64,000 nucleotides of DNA from Escherichia phage vB_EcoM-pEB20. Made by a program: the position numbers and the translations under genes. Location of the stretch: the sequence record OP114733; one strand, written 5' to 3'. Shown here piece by piece: positions 26,856-36,650 of this stretch. Below the pieces are notes generated by a model, which worked only from the letters and a program-made list of their open reading frames with translations, searched no databases and was not told where the DNA came from. Each line of letters starts with the position of its first letter. The first letter of the stretch is position 1.

Positions 26856-26884
26856 TGTACAACCAAGGAAGGTTGGAGTATAAT
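26856..26884 (+). promoter_or_regulatory. early promoter, near-identical to copy at 27851
   Basis: TGTACA..CAACCAAGGAAGGTTGGAG..TATAAT. Confidence 0.5.
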
Positions 26885-26910
26885 AAATTTTTCAACATGA
26901 GGAATATAAA

Positions 26911-27846
26911 ATGGCTTCTATTACACGTAGAGAACTTATCAAAGAATTTACCTCGAACGCATATACCCCAGGACCTAATCCTATCCGTATGCCTGTAAAG
27001 ACTCCTGAAGAGATTGAGGAAATCTGTTCATATTATGGGATTAATTCTCGTAAGTTTACTCAATTTGAATGCGTTACTAACACACCCGTTAAAGAGTTCA
27101 TTAAAAATGGTGAGTTCAGCCGTTTATTAGCCAAACAGAAACTTCGTAATTTTTGTATCGGCGGTTACGGACAATATTTCGCTAAGCAGTTCCGGAATAA
27201 CCTTAACAATCTGATGGCCATTGCTTCTCGTATTCGTCCTCAAGCAATTAACATGAAACATTTGAAATATACTTACGATAAGTTGGAAATCATGGTTATC
27301 AGTGAGAATGAGTTCACTCTCACGTATAAACCTAAGAATGATAACGTTGCTCGTGTATTCCACCAAGCGTTGGAAGTGTTAGGTGATAATATTCACCAGA
27401 TTAAAGCAATTTATTCTCGTGAGCTTAATATTATCAACCCTATCAAGAATAAGGGCCATATCGCTATCCAGGCTCGTGTATCTATTGGTAAAAAGGTTCC
27501 TGCGCCATGGTGGCACAAAGACTCTGAATACTATCAAAATCTTAAAAAGGAAAATGCAACGTTCGAAGCGTCAATTACTGCAACACCAATTGGCCATGCT
27601 GAAGTTCTAGGTGCATATTCTACTGCTCCATCTATACACATTTCACCGTCGACTAAACTGGAAATCTCTAACGGTCTTCTTCCTGCCGAAGATTACCATT
27701 ATAATCAAATCAAGGCCACTGTAGACCAACTATCCGTTGAACTTGACAAAGCACAAGCTAAGCTTCGTGATGCTCAACAAGTAGTTACCAAGCTCCAGTT
27801 GCAGTACTCTAAACTTTTTAACGCAATGAATGCGTTAAAATCATAA
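26911..27846 (+). CDS. hypothetical protein with C-terminal coiled coil
   Basis: 311 aa ORF. Confidence 0.6.
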   Translation: MASITRRELIKEFTSNAYTPGPNPIRMPVKTPEEIEEICSYYGINSRKFTQFECVTNTPVKEFIKNGEFSRLLAKQKLRNFCIGGYGQYFAKQFRNNLNNLMAIASRIRPQAINMKHLKYTYDKLEIMVISENEFTLTYKPKNDNVARVFHQALEVLGDNIHQIKAIYSRELNIINPIKNKGHIAIQARVSIGKKVPAPWWHKDSEYYQNLKKENATFEASITATPIGHAEVLGAYSTAPSIHISPSTKLEISNGLLPAEDYHYNQIKATVDQLSVELDKAQAKLRDAQQVVTKLQLQYSKLFNAMNALKS

Positions 27847-27850
27847 ATCA

Positions 27851-27880
27851 GTTTACAACCAAGGATGGTTGGAGTATAAT
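27851..27880 (+). promoter_or_regulatory. early promoter, near-identical to copy at 26856
   Basis: GTTTACA 27851, CAACCAAGGATGGTTGGAG, TATAAT 27875. Confidence 0.55.
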
Positions 27881-27908
27881 GAATTTATCTTAACGAGAGG
27901 AAAATATT

Positions 27909-28859
27909 ATGACACGTTCACATTACATTGAATACTTTGCAGGTCTTATCGCTAACGTTCATGCCCAACGTGCTTCTGGTGCACTAGGATTTGATGTTCC
28001 ACACCGAGATGTAGTAAGTGGTATTCTTCGCGATTTTGGTACATACACAGGCCAAGAAAATCATATCTGTAAAGATACTCAGAATGCGTATTCTCATTCA
28101 TTAGGGACGCTGCTTCAATGGTTCAAACGTTCTCGTTTATTATCTTCTACTGTAGCTCGCGATAACATTAAAAACTTTATGAAACCGAGCTTTATTAAAT
28201 CTGTGACATCTAAAACTGATTTGGTTGAATTCACTATTGTTAATGATGTTAAAAAGACTCATTTGGCTGATTGGTTATCTACCATTCCTGAAACTAAATT
28301 TGCTGATAAATTTGCTTGTGAATTCAATAAACAAGTGAATATGCTTTTTAAACATTCTCGTAAATTATTCACTGGCGGTGATGGCCGTACAAATAAAGTT
28401 CATGTTAAAGATTGGGTTACTGCAGTATTCAAACCAACTGGTAATGGTAACGCATCATTATCAATTGATATCCAGGTTCCTTATTACTACTCACGTAATC
28501 TCGGTACCATGAAAGCCGAAGAAATTAATAAGCACAACAAAACTATTCGTTCGTTGTCTTATAAACTTATTACATTGTTAGAGACTATGGATGTTGTTGA
28601 AACGTTCGACGAATCCGAAGATAACGGTTCAATGTTATATAGTTCTCGTACCCGAATTAAGTTGAAGAACCCTAACGAGTATAAACTTAAGACTATTAAA
28701 GAACCTAAAGTAGAAAAGGTTGATATCATGGCTGAAGAACGTGAATATCTCAAATCTCGTCTGAAAGAAGTCGAAGCCCAGATTGCAGAACAAACTAAAT
28801 CGTTAAAAGCTCTGAATGCGAAAGCGGATGGTTTACGAAATGCCATTGAGGTGTTATAA
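27909..28859 (+). CDS. hypothetical protein with C-terminal coiled coil
   Basis: 316 aa ORF. Confidence 0.6.
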   Translation: MTRSHYIEYFAGLIANVHAQRASGALGFDVPHRDVVSGILRDFGTYTGQENHICKDTQNAYSHSLGTLLQWFKRSRLLSSTVARDNIKNFMKPSFIKSVTSKTDLVEFTIVNDVKKTHLADWLSTIPETKFADKFACEFNKQVNMLFKHSRKLFTGGDGRTNKVHVKDWVTAVFKPTGNGNASLSIDIQVPYYYSRNLGTMKAEEINKHNKTIRSLSYKLITLLETMDVVETFDESEDNGSMLYSSRTRIKLKNPNEYKLKTIKEPKVEKVDIMAEEREYLKSRLKEVEAQIAEQTKSLKALNAKADGLRNAIEVL

Positions 28860-29164
28860 TGAGCCTACGTCTTTTAGAGGATATTGATATGAGCACTAAT
28901 CATGACTTGGTTAAGTTTATTGACGATAGTTCAAAGATTGAATTTGTTCAGCGAGATAAAATCCACGGTGAAGAAGAGTTCGTTCCTCCGGCATGGAACG
29001 AAATAATGAAAATGGTTGAACGACGTGAAAATGCTGCCAAATCGGCAGCAAAACATCCATGCCCGGAATGTGGAACTATCCAAGTCCAACTGGTTAACTG
29101 GACCACTGATAACTTGAAATTGAAATGCCGTAAATGCTTCCACAAATTTGAGAGAACATTATAA
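28859..29164 (+). CDS. zinc-ribbon hypothetical protein
   Basis: 101 aa; CPECG...CRKC. Confidence 0.5.
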   Translation: MSLRLLEDIDMSTNHDLVKFIDDSSKIEFVQRDKIHGEEEFVPPAWNEIMKMVERRENAAKSAAKHPCPECGTIQVQLVNWTTDNLKLKCRKCFHKFERTL

Positions 29165-29577
29165 TGAGATATAGCCTTCGTTGTTTTATCGCAGCTTTAG
29201 TTTTTGCTATTATTCCATTCATTTGGAACAGCCAGAATACTTACATGGAAACTAAAGTAATTCCTGTGGAGGTAGTGGAATTAATCTCAGGCCAATCTAC
29301 AGGAAAATATTCTAAATTAGAATTTATTGCAGTCTATAAAGATGAGCAAGGACGAGTTTTTGACAGGCGTGTATCACCGTCGTTTTATACGCTTCTGAAT
29401 AAAGGTGATACGATAGCTATAGAAATTCGTGAGATGGATATCAAACAAACTACTAAAGATAACTTGATTTGGTTCTTTGGTACGGTGTTGTTGGTTTCTA
29501 TCTGTATCACAGGTTTTATTACATGTATTGTATTTGGCATTGCATATTTAATCGATGAAAGGAAAAATAATGTTTAA
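29164..29577 (+). CDS. membrane protein
   Basis: 137 aa; N- and C-terminal TM helices. Confidence 0.5.
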   Translation: MRYSLRCFIAALVFAIIPFIWNSQNTYMETKVIPVEVVELISGQSTGKYSKLEFIAVYKDEQGRVFDRRVSPSFYTLLNKGDTIAIEIREMDIKQTTKDNLIWFFGTVLLVSICITGFITCIVFGIAYLIDERKNNV

Positions 29578-29833
29578 AGTGTACGGGTATGACTCTACTA
29601 TTCATAAATGCATTTATTGTGATAATGCGAAACGATTGCTGACTGTTAAGAAACAGCCGTTCGAATTCATTAACGTGATGCCAGAAAAAGGTGTTTTTGA
29701 TGATGAGAAAATTGCTGAGCTTCTGGTTAAGCTTGGACGTGAATCACAAGTCGGATTGACTATGCCTCAAGTGTTTGCTCCTGACGGAAGTCACATTGGT
29801 GGATTTGATCAACTGCGAGAATATTTTAAATGA
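29570..29833 (+). CDS. nrdC: glutaredoxin/thioredoxin NrdC
   Basis: 87 aa MFKVYGYDSTIHKCIYCDNAKRLL; CxxC redox motif; near-identical to T4 NrdC as recalled. Confidence 0.9.
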   Translation: MFKVYGYDSTIHKCIYCDNAKRLLTVKKQPFEFINVMPEKGVFDDEKIAELLVKLGRESQVGLTMPQVFAPDGSHIGGFDQLREYFK

Positions 29834-30045
29834 TGCTTGAAGGAACTGATTATATCCATGACTACCGCGGAAGCGCGGTATATGTAGGTGATGAAGTTGC
29901 AGTTTATTATGGGTATGGAACTTTGATGACAGCCAAGGTTATTCAAATTAAAAATAATCGTGCTAAACTCGAAGTTTATTATTCTAATGGCGAAAAGTCT
30001 ATTTCTAAATGGAAATACGGCGATTGCATGGTCAAACTGGGGTAA
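29830..30045 (+). CDS. hypothetical protein
   Basis: 71 aa ORF. Confidence 0.5.
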   Translation: MMLEGTDYIHDYRGSAVYVGDEVAVYYGYGTLMTAKVIQIKNNRAKLEVYYSNGEKSISKWKYGDCMVKLG

Positions 30046-30047
30046 AT

Positions 30048-30218
30048 ATGATTTACGATATTAGTGCAGCAAGAGCTCCATCAATGGTTACTATTCCTGT
30101 TGAAGAATTAGATCGTCTTCAGAAAATTGAAGAGCTTCTTTGGGAAATTGAATCTGATTTGCCATCTGGGCTAGAATCCTGGATTGATTATGAAGAACTT
30201 AATAAGCTCCGCGGTTAA
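30048..30218 (+). CDS. small hypothetical protein
   Basis: 56 aa from ATG 30048. Confidence 0.4.
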   Translation: MIYDISAARAPSMVTIPVEELDRLQKIEELLWEIESDLPSGLESWIDYEELNKLRG

Positions 30219-30267
30219 ACCATGGTATTCGGCTCGATGGGAGACGGTCGAGCCAGACGTCGAAACA

Positions 30268-30297
30268 GTTTACAACGACGAAGAAACGTGTTATGAT
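30268..30297 (+). promoter_or_regulatory. early promoter
   Basis: GTTTACA 30268, 17 nt, TATGAT 30292; preceded by 7-bp hairpin 30231-30254. Confidence 0.5.
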
Positions 30298-30346
30298 GAA
30301 CCTTCAATAAATGAATTAATTGATATGGAAATGGGAAGAGATTATT

Positions 30347-30517
30347 ATGCAAGTTAAATTATTGTACCGTTTATTAAAAAATGGCAAGCATGATTGGTAT
30401 TTGCTTATTAAAACCGATCCGAATTTTTTCTCTGGACAACCATTTACAGTTCGTCCTACTAAACGTCAGCTTCGCAAAGCTAAACGTTCTCATCGTAACT
30501 TTTATAGAGAATATTGA
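30347..30517 (+). CDS. small basic hypothetical protein
   Basis: 56 aa from ATG 30347 with GGAAGAG SD. Confidence 0.4.
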   Translation: MQVKLLYRLLKNGKHDWYLLIKTDPNFFSGQPFTVRPTKRQLRKAKRSHRNFYREY

Positions 30518-30518
30518 T

Positions 30519-30944
30519 ATGAATATTTCTGAAACTCGCGGTAAATGGTTCAAGATTGTTAAAGAAGATGAAGAACTACAAGTCAAGTTTCCTGAATTAA
30601 AGAAAGGAACAATCATCAAGGTAATTGGTACTACGACCGAAGATGGTTATGGCGACCATGGCATTATTGAAGTGATGTTGAACACTGGTGAGAAACTTTG
30701 CATCTATGACCGTGATACTTCTCTTTGGTGCTTCTGGGAATCACATTCAATAGATGAACTCGAAGAAATTGATTCGGCTGATATTGCGGATGTGCTAGGT
30801 AGTAAACTTGGCGAATTCGAAGGTGAACGTATTTCTTATGCATTAGCTAAATTAGCCGGACAAGAAAATAACGACGGCTATGAAGGTAACCTGATGCAAG
30901 CAGCCGCAGAATACATTGAATATTTAGAAAGACGTTTAAGTTAA
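30519..30944 (+). CDS. hypothetical acidic protein (position of T4 pin, identity unverified)
   Basis: 141 aa from ATG 30519. Confidence 0.5.
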   Translation: MNISETRGKWFKIVKEDEELQVKFPELKKGTIIKVIGTTTEDGYGDHGIIEVMLNTGEKLCIYDRDTSLWCFWESHSIDELEEIDSADIADVLGSKLGEFEGERISYALAKLAGQENNDGYEGNLMQAAAEYIEYLERRLS

Positions 30945-30979
30945 TAAATACCCTTATCTATTTAAGGTAAGGGTTTATC

Positions 30980-31453
30980 ATGTTATTATCAGGCGCAAAA
31001 TATAAAGAAGAAAAACAAAAATTTTATGATGCACAGAACGGTAAGTGTCCTATTTGCCACCGTGAATTAGACCCTGATGTTCAAGGTAACCATCTTGACC
31101 ACGACCACGAATTAAACGGGCCAAAAGCAGGTAGAGTTCGTGGGTTACTCTGTTCTCTGTGCAACGCAGCAGAAGGTCAAATGAAGCATAAGTTCAACCG
31201 TTCCGGTCTTAAAGGTCGTGATGTCAACTACCTAGAATGGCTTGAAGCTCTTCTTGCTTATTTGAAACAAGATTATTCTGATAATAATATCCATCCTAAT
31301 TTTGTTCCAGACAAAACTAAAGAGTTCTCAAGACTAGGTAAAGAGGAAATGATGGCCGAGATGCTTCAAAGAGGATTTGAATATAATGAATCTGATACTA
31401 AAACACAATTAATAGCTTCATTCAAAAAGCAGCTTAGAAAGAGTTTAAAATGA
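30980..31453 (+). CDS. 49: recombination endonuclease VII (Holliday junction resolvase)
   Basis: 157 aa MLLSGAKYKEEKQKFYDAQNGKCPIC...HLDHDHE; near-identical to T4 gp49. Confidence 0.95.
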   Translation: MLLSGAKYKEEKQKFYDAQNGKCPICHRELDPDVQGNHLDHDHELNGPKAGRVRGLLCSLCNAAEGQMKHKFNRSGLKGRDVNYLEWLEALLAYLKQDYSDNNIHPNFVPDKTKEFSRLGKEEMMAEMLQRGFEYNESDTKTQLIASFKKQLRKSLK

Positions 31454-33267
31454 AAATTGAAAAAGAAATTGAAGGATTAATTCATAAAACTAATAAAGAT
31501 CTTTTGAACGAGAACGCTAATAAAGATTCTCGTGTTTTTCCAACTCAACGGGACCTTATGGCTGGTATTGTGTCTAAGCACATTGCCAAAAATATGGTCC
31601 CGTCTTTTATTATGAATGCGCATGAAAGCGGAATCATTCACATGCATGATATTGATTATTCTCCTGCTCTTCCGTTTACCAATTGCTGTTTAGTCGATTT
31701 AAAGGGGATGCTTGAGAATGGATTTAAATTAGGCAATGCTCAAATTGAAACGCCTAAATCTATTGGTGTTGCTACTGCAATTATGGCACAAATTACTGCA
31801 CAAGTTGCTTCACACCAGTATGGCGGAACTACATTTGCGAATGTCGATAAAGTTCTTTCTCCTTATGTTAAACGCACATACGCTAAACATGTTGAAGATG
31901 CAGAAAAATGGCAAATCGCTGATGCGTTGAATTATGCTCAATCCAAAACAGAAAAAGATGTCTATGACGCGTTCCAAGCTTATGAATATGAAGTAAATAC
32001 TCTCTTTAGTTCAAACGGACAAACGCCTTTTGTAACAATTACATTTGGTATGGGAACTGACTGGACTGAACGAATGATTCAGAAGGCAATTCTTAAAAAC
32101 CGCATTAAAGGTCTTGGTCGTGATGGAATAACTCCTATTTTTCCTAAACTTGTTATGTTTGTTGAAGAAGGTGTTAATCTTTATAAAGATGATCCAAACT
32201 ATGATATTAAACAACTTGCGTTAGAATGTGCAAGCAAAAGAATGTATCCTGACATTATTTCGGTTAAGAATAATAAAGCTATTACCGGTTCTTCAGTTCC
32301 AGTTTCTCCAATGGGTTGCCGTAGTTTCTTGAGCGTATGGAAAGATTCGACTGGTAATGAAATTCTTGATGGACGTAATAATCTTGGTGTTGTAACACTG
32401 AATCTTCCTCGTATCGCATTAGATTCTTATATTGGAACACAGTTCAATGAACAGAAATTTATCGAATTGTTTAATGAACGAATGGATCTGTGTTTTGAAG
32501 CTTTGATGTGTAGAATTAGTTCCTTAAAAGGAGTTAAAGCGACTGTTGCTCCTATTCTTTACCAAGAAGGTGCATTCGGGGTTCGTCTTAAACCTGATGA
32601 CGATATAATTGAGTTATTTAAAAACGGTAGAAGTTCAGTGTCTTTGGGATACATTGGTATTCACGAATTGAATATTCTTGTCGGTCGTGATATTGGACAA
32701 GAAATTTTAACTAAAATGAATGCTCATCTTAAACAGTGGACTGAAAGAACTGGTTTTGCTTTTAGTTTATATTCTACTCCTGCTGAAAACCTTTGTTATC
32801 GCTTCTGTAAACTCGATACAGAAAAATATGGAAGTGTAAAGGATGTTACCGATAAAGGCTGGTACACTAATAGTTTCCATGTTTCAGTAGAAGAAAATAT
32901 TACTCCGTTTGAAAAGATTTCTCGTGAAGCGCCATATCATTTCATTGCGACAGGTGGTCACATTTCTTATGTTGAACTTCCAGATATGAAAAACAATTTA
33001 AAGGGACTTGAGGCTGTCTGGGATTATGCTGCACAACATTTAGATTATTTTGGTGTTAATATGCCAGTGGATAAATGTTTTACATGCGGAAGTACTCATG
33101 AAATGACTCCCACTGAAAACGGATTTGTTTGTTCAGTTTGTGGAGAAACTGATCCTAAAAAGATGAACACAATAAGAAGAACATGTGGTTATTTGGGAAA
33201 TCCGAACGAACGCGGATTTAATCTCGGTAAAAATAAAGAAATCATGCATAGGGTTAAACACCAATGA
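31450..33267 (+). CDS. nrdD: anaerobic ribonucleoside-triphosphate reductase NrdD
   Basis: 605 aa; C-terminal glycyl radical motif RRTCGYLG and Zn ribbon CFTCGS...CSVCG; uninterrupted (no intron). Confidence 0.95.
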   Translation: MKIEKEIEGLIHKTNKDLLNENANKDSRVFPTQRDLMAGIVSKHIAKNMVPSFIMNAHESGIIHMHDIDYSPALPFTNCCLVDLKGMLENGFKLGNAQIETPKSIGVATAIMAQITAQVASHQYGGTTFANVDKVLSPYVKRTYAKHVEDAEKWQIADALNYAQSKTEKDVYDAFQAYEYEVNTLFSSNGQTPFVTITFGMGTDWTERMIQKAILKNRIKGLGRDGITPIFPKLVMFVEEGVNLYKDDPNYDIKQLALECASKRMYPDIISVKNNKAITGSSVPVSPMGCRSFLSVWKDSTGNEILDGRNNLGVVTLNLPRIALDSYIGTQFNEQKFIELFNERMDLCFEALMCRISSLKGVKATVAPILYQEGAFGVRLKPDDDIIELFKNGRSSVSLGYIGIHELNILVGRDIGQEILTKMNAHLKQWTERTGFAFSLYSTPAENLCYRFCKLDTEKYGSVKDVTDKGWYTNSFHVSVEENITPFEKISREAPYHFIATGGHISYVELPDMKNNLKGLEAVWDYAAQHLDYFGVNMPVDKCFTCGSTHEMTPTENGFVCSVCGETDPKKMNTIRRTCGYLGNPNERGFNLGKNKEIMHRVKHQ

Positions 33268-33734
33268 ATTATGATAGATTTTATCCTTGCGATTTTGTGA
33301 ATGGCCCTGGCTGCAGGGTCGTTCTTTTCGTTACAGGTTGTTTGCATAAATGCGAAGGGTGTTATAATAAATCAACATGGAATGCTAGAAATGGTATTCC
33401 ATTCACTGGAGAGACACTAGAACAATTGATTGAATGTTTGAATAATGATTATATAGAAGGATTAACTATAACCGGAGGAGACCCTCTCTATCCTGATAAT
33501 CGAGATGTTATTCATTGCATTGTTCAAACAGTAAAACATCTTTATCCCAATAAAAGCATTTGGTTGTGGACAGGATATAAGTTTGAAGATATTAAACAAC
33601 TAGAAATGCTTAAATATGTTGATGTTATTATTGATGGGAAGTATGAGAAAAATCTTCCGACTAAAAAGCTGTGGCGAGGATCAGATAATCAGCGACTTTG
33701 GTCAAATACCGATGGGGTGTGGAAACATGATTAA
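33264..33734 (+). CDS. nrdG: anaerobic RNR activating enzyme NrdG (radical SAM)
   Basis: 156 aa; CLHKCEGC radical SAM cluster motif. Confidence 0.9.
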   Translation: MNYDRFYPCDFVNGPGCRVVLFVTGCLHKCEGCYNKSTWNARNGIPFTGETLEQLIECLNNDYIEGLTITGGDPLYPDNRDVIHCIVQTVKHLYPNKSIWLWTGYKFEDIKQLEMLKYVDVIIDGKYEKNLPTKKLWRGSDNQRLWSNTDGVWKHD

Positions 33735-33844
33735 ATTGAATTACATTATGGATACTATAAATGATATGATTTTTCGTTTTGGTCCAGAATTTTATTCGCA
33801 ATATAGTTTAGTGCTTATCAATGCTTAGTTAATTAAGGGCAAAT

Positions 33845-34060
33845 ATGTATAAATTTCGTAAAGGTTTAGCTGATTTTCTTACAACTGTAACGTTCTTTTT
33901 GTTTATGGCAGTTGGAGCTATTTTTCTTATTCCTTTTACTGTTGTATTTTTCGTGATTAGTTTAATTTCTCCGGAAAAGGGTTTATCCTCCAGCGAATTC
34001 AATGAACGTTTGGACAAAATTACTAATAAACTGAATTCTGTTCTTGATAAAAAGGCTTAA
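33845..34060 (+). CDS. small membrane protein
   Basis: 71 aa, one long hydrophobic stretch. Confidence 0.5.
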   Translation: MYKFRKGLADFLTTVTFFLFMAVGAIFLIPFTVVFFVISLISPEKGLSSSEFNERLDKITNKLNSVLDKKA

Positions 34061-34062
34061 TT

Positions 34063-34380
34063 ATGATTAGTTTTGAGCGGTATGTAGTAGAGAGTTGGAA
34101 TGGTTTTGATATGTTCGGTAATGACTATTATTTCTATGAATGTAGTCTGAACCCAAGCTTCTGGGCTGGACGTGAACAAGACCTCGAAGAAATCAACGCT
34201 CGTGCCGATTTGTTAGGTGAACTGCCTACGGTTTATTTTACCTTTGATGAATCCGGCTTCGTTATCCAGGTTTATTTTCCTGAAGAAAACTCTGGTGAGG
34301 ATTCTGTTAATCCTCCTTATTGGGCTTACCAAGGAATTATTTCTCGTGGAACAAAACTCGAACTTAAAGAACAAGATTGA
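34063..34380 (+). CDS. hypothetical protein
   Basis: 105 aa ORF. Confidence 0.5.
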   Translation: MISFERYVVESWNGFDMFGNDYYFYECSLNPSFWAGREQDLEEINARADLLGELPTVYFTFDESGFVIQVYFPEENSGEDSVNPPYWAYQGIISRGTKLELKEQD

Positions 34381-34669
34381 AATTTATGGCATCCCTGAAG
34401 AAGTTGGACGTTGTCCAGGATGTTATACTGTTACAAAACTTTTAAAGGAGCTCAATGCTCCTTATACATTTTATAAAGTCCTCACTAATAATGGTAAGAT
34501 TGAATATGACCGTCCTTTAATCGTATCTCTTGCTAAACGTGCAGGATTCACTTCACTTAATATTCGTTATCCTGTCATATTTTTAAATGATAAGAAACAA
34601 AAGAATATTGCAGAGTTTAAAAAGTCCTTGATTTCATTAGGATATGACTCTGATATCATAGAAGATTGA
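34346..34669 (+). CDS. nrdH: NrdH/glutaredoxin-like redoxin
   Basis: About 107 aa; CPGC motif in KIEIYGIPEEVGRCPGCYTV; start uncertain (GTG 34346); track ORF 34217 includes out-of-context N-terminus. Confidence 0.5.
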   Translation: MEQNSNLKNKIEIYGIPEEVGRCPGCYTVTKLLKELNAPYTFYKVLTNNGKIEYDRPLIVSLAKRAGFTSLNIRYPVIFLNDKKQKNIAEFKKSLISLGYDSDIIED

Positions 34670-34693
34670 CCAGGTGCCGCCTGGTCTTCTTTA
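34669..34693 (+). terminator. hairpin terminator-like element
   Basis: ACCAGG-tgccg-CCTGGT followed by CTTCTTT. Confidence 0.45.
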
Positions 34694-34777
34694 TCTCATT
34701 TCTAATATAATCCATTGGAATCTTCACTTCACTATCTCCTTGTGCCCCTCTCAAATCAAAAATATTTCATAAAACCA

Positions 34778-34807
34778 GTTTACATCCTCGATAGATATGT
34801 TAAGATT
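34778..34807 (+). promoter_or_regulatory. early promoter
   Basis: GTTTACA 34778, 17 nt, TAAGAT. Confidence 0.45.
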
Positions 34808-34835
34808 AACACCATCTACTATAGAGGAAAATAAA

Positions 34836-35084
34836 ATGATTAGTTTAGATTCAAAGAAAGTTGTTCTAACCCTTAAAGTTAATGACGAGCGTCTGGTATT
34901 CGTTACCATTTCCGATTTGCATGTTGAAATTGCTAATGGCGTTCGTACTTATCAAGCAAATAAAACTCATTGGGATTATATCCCAATGTTGACGCTTACT
35001 CAGCGTTTAGAATCAATCGGTCTTAAAGACCTTTCAGTAAGTGAAGTGAATTTTATCAAACGCGTTGTATCAATCAACCTCTGA
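34836..35084 (+). CDS. hypothetical protein
   Basis: 82 aa from ATG 34836 with AGAGGAAA SD. Confidence 0.5.
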   Translation: MISLDSKKVVLTLKVNDERLVFVTISDLHVEIANGVRTYQANKTHWDYIPMLTLTQRLESIGLKDLSVSEVNFIKRVVSINL

Positions 35085-35091
35085 GGTACTT

Positions 35092-35385
35092 ATGGGTAAA
35101 ACATATCGTCGTAAAGATTTGAAAGTTCGCGATTACGACTATTTTGGTAAGCGTAAAGCTCCTGACGGTGTTAGCCACAAAGACATGGTTGAAAACATTT
35201 TCCGCTCAGATAAATGGAAACGTATGAAAGGCGTTGATTCTGAAGTCAAGAACGAAATGAATCGACAACTCCGCAAAGAAGTTCGTAAGTTGAAAAAAGA
35301 TGTTTACAGTAAAGAAGATTATGATTATAATACTTCTCATACTGAAGCCAAACGTAAAGCTAACGAATGTTATCGTTACAGTTGA
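35092..35385 (+). CDS. hypothetical basic protein
   Basis: 97 aa from ATG 35092 (TGAGGT SD). Confidence 0.5.
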   Translation: MGKTYRRKDLKVRDYDYFGKRKAPDGVSHKDMVENIFRSDKWKRMKGVDSEVKNEMNRQLRKEVRKLKKDVYSKEDYDYNTSHTEAKRKANECYRYS

Positions 35386-35392
35386 GGAAATT

Positions 35393-35527
35393 ATGAATAT
35401 CAAACGAATGCTTTTTAAGCAGGGATTATATACTTTAAATGTTAATCCAAAGGGTGATACAACTAAATGGTCTGTAAATGACTGGATTAAGTTCATCGAT
35501 GAAAATGGGGCCTGGAACACAAAATGA
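35393..35527 (+). CDS. small hypothetical protein
   Basis: 44 aa from ATG 35393 with GAGGAAA SD. Confidence 0.35.
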   Translation: MNIKRMLFKQGLYTLNVNPKGDTTKWSVNDWIKFIDENGAWNTK

Positions 35528-35724
35528 ATCCTGAATCTATGTTATCGCAAAAGCTTCGTGAAGAACGTGCCGAATTCTTTGCCAATATGAAACTCAACGG
35601 CGTTGAGGATGAAGACTTCTTACGCTGGTTCTGGATTTACAAATACAAAGAATGCCAACATGCCGTGCTATTGACTTGCGCAGTTATGTACGAAGGCTGG
35701 AAAGGCGCTAAAAAGTTCGGTTAA
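35524..35724 (+). CDS. small hypothetical protein
   Basis: 66 aa; ATGA overlap. Confidence 0.45.
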   Translation: MNPESMLSQKLREERAEFFANMKLNGVEDEDFLRWFWIYKYKECQHAVLLTCAVMYEGWKGAKKFG

Positions 35725-35727
35725 TAA

Positions 35728-35767
35728 TGTACAACGATAGGAAGATAATAACATGACTTCCTATCGT
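35728..35767 (+). promoter_or_regulatory. promoter region within perfect 11-bp IR ACGATAGGAAG/CTTCCTATCGT
   Basis: TGTACA then IR arms 35733-35743 and 35757-35767. Confidence 0.45.
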
Positions 35768-35787
35768 CTTAAAATGAGGAAAATATC

Positions 35788-36027
35788 ATGGCCCAAGAAT
35801 TAGATTTTATCAAATTCAAAAAACACCTCGACGTTAAAATTGGGGATTCAATTGTTAGGATTGAGTATGACATTTTAACAGATGCTATTACTGTTAGTTG
35901 TGATGGAAATAGTTTCAGCTTCGATACAACCGAAAACAAATACCCAATCTATAAAGGCATCTTTGATATGGGTGTTGATATTACTCCACGTGATACAAAT
36001 TACTTACTTTTCATGCTTAAAAAATAA
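35788..36027 (+). CDS. hypothetical protein
   Basis: 79 aa ORF. Confidence 0.5.
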   Translation: MAQELDFIKFKKHLDVKIGDSIVRIEYDILTDAITVSCDGNSFSFDTTENKYPIYKGIFDMGVDITPRDTNYLLFMLKK

Positions 36028-36062
36028 TATACAAACTCTTGAGAGATGAGTATAATGCTCTC
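36028..36062 (+). promoter_or_regulatory. early promoter, near-identical repeat of 6299-6334
   Basis: ATACAAACTCTTGAGAGatGAGTATAATGCTCTCgTTGGATAATAAA. Confidence 0.55.
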
Positions 36063-36093
36063 GTTGGATAATAAAATAACCGAGGAAAATAAT

Positions 36094-36426
36094 ATGTCTA
36101 CTAAAATCAAAAACGTAGTTAATTCTTTCGCTTTCGATAAAGTTGTTGCTCTTCTGGAATCCGGCAATATTGTTACTCCTCAAGTTCTTGACGCGTGGGA
36201 ATTCCGTCTTTATGAAATCATGCAAAAACACGACCAGAAAATTGGACGTAATTCTATTCGTGAAATTCTAGTACAATATATTCTTTCTGAATTTGGCGTT
36301 GCTGCATTTGGTGTTGAATCTAAAGCTTATCAGAAACATGAAATCTCTGAAAAGACTATCCGTCGTATGAAAAATCAACGTAAGAAAAAATTCGTTGACC
36401 TGAAAATTGTTAAGGCGGCAAAATGA
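36094..36426 (+). CDS. hypothetical protein
   Basis: 110 aa from ATG 36094 with GAGGAAAA SD. Confidence 0.5.
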   Translation: MSTKIKNVVNSFAFDKVVALLESGNIVTPQVLDAWEFRLYEIMQKHDQKIGRNSIREILVQYILSEFGVAAFGVESKAYQKHEISEKTIRRMKNQRKKKFVDLKIVKAAK

Positions 36427-36650
36427 GCGTATTAACAGAAACTTTGATTAATGACCTGCGTCTAGCTGGTTACGAAGTTGGTACAAATAGCCTAGGTCTT
36501 CCTCAGATTGAAGGTCCTGGATTTATTCTAGAATATGAATTCAAACAATGGTGGTTATATGCTACGGTTGATGATGCGATGAATATTGATTTCGTCGACC
36601 AATTTGATTCGCTGGATGCTGCTCTTGAAGCAGCAAAGGAACTAGAATGA
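36423..36650 (+). CDS. small acidic hypothetical protein
   Basis: 75 aa; ATGA overlap. Confidence 0.45.
   Translation: MSVLTETLINDLRLAGYEVGTNSLGLPQIEGPGFILEYEFKQWWLYATVDDAMNIDFVDQFDSLDAALEAAKELE

Noticed and set aside
31450-33267. Group I intron or homing endonuclease in nrdD (and an intein/intron in gene 43)
   Set aside because: Both ORFs are continuous and full length; no GIY-YIG or HNH endonuclease ORFs were seen in the window.
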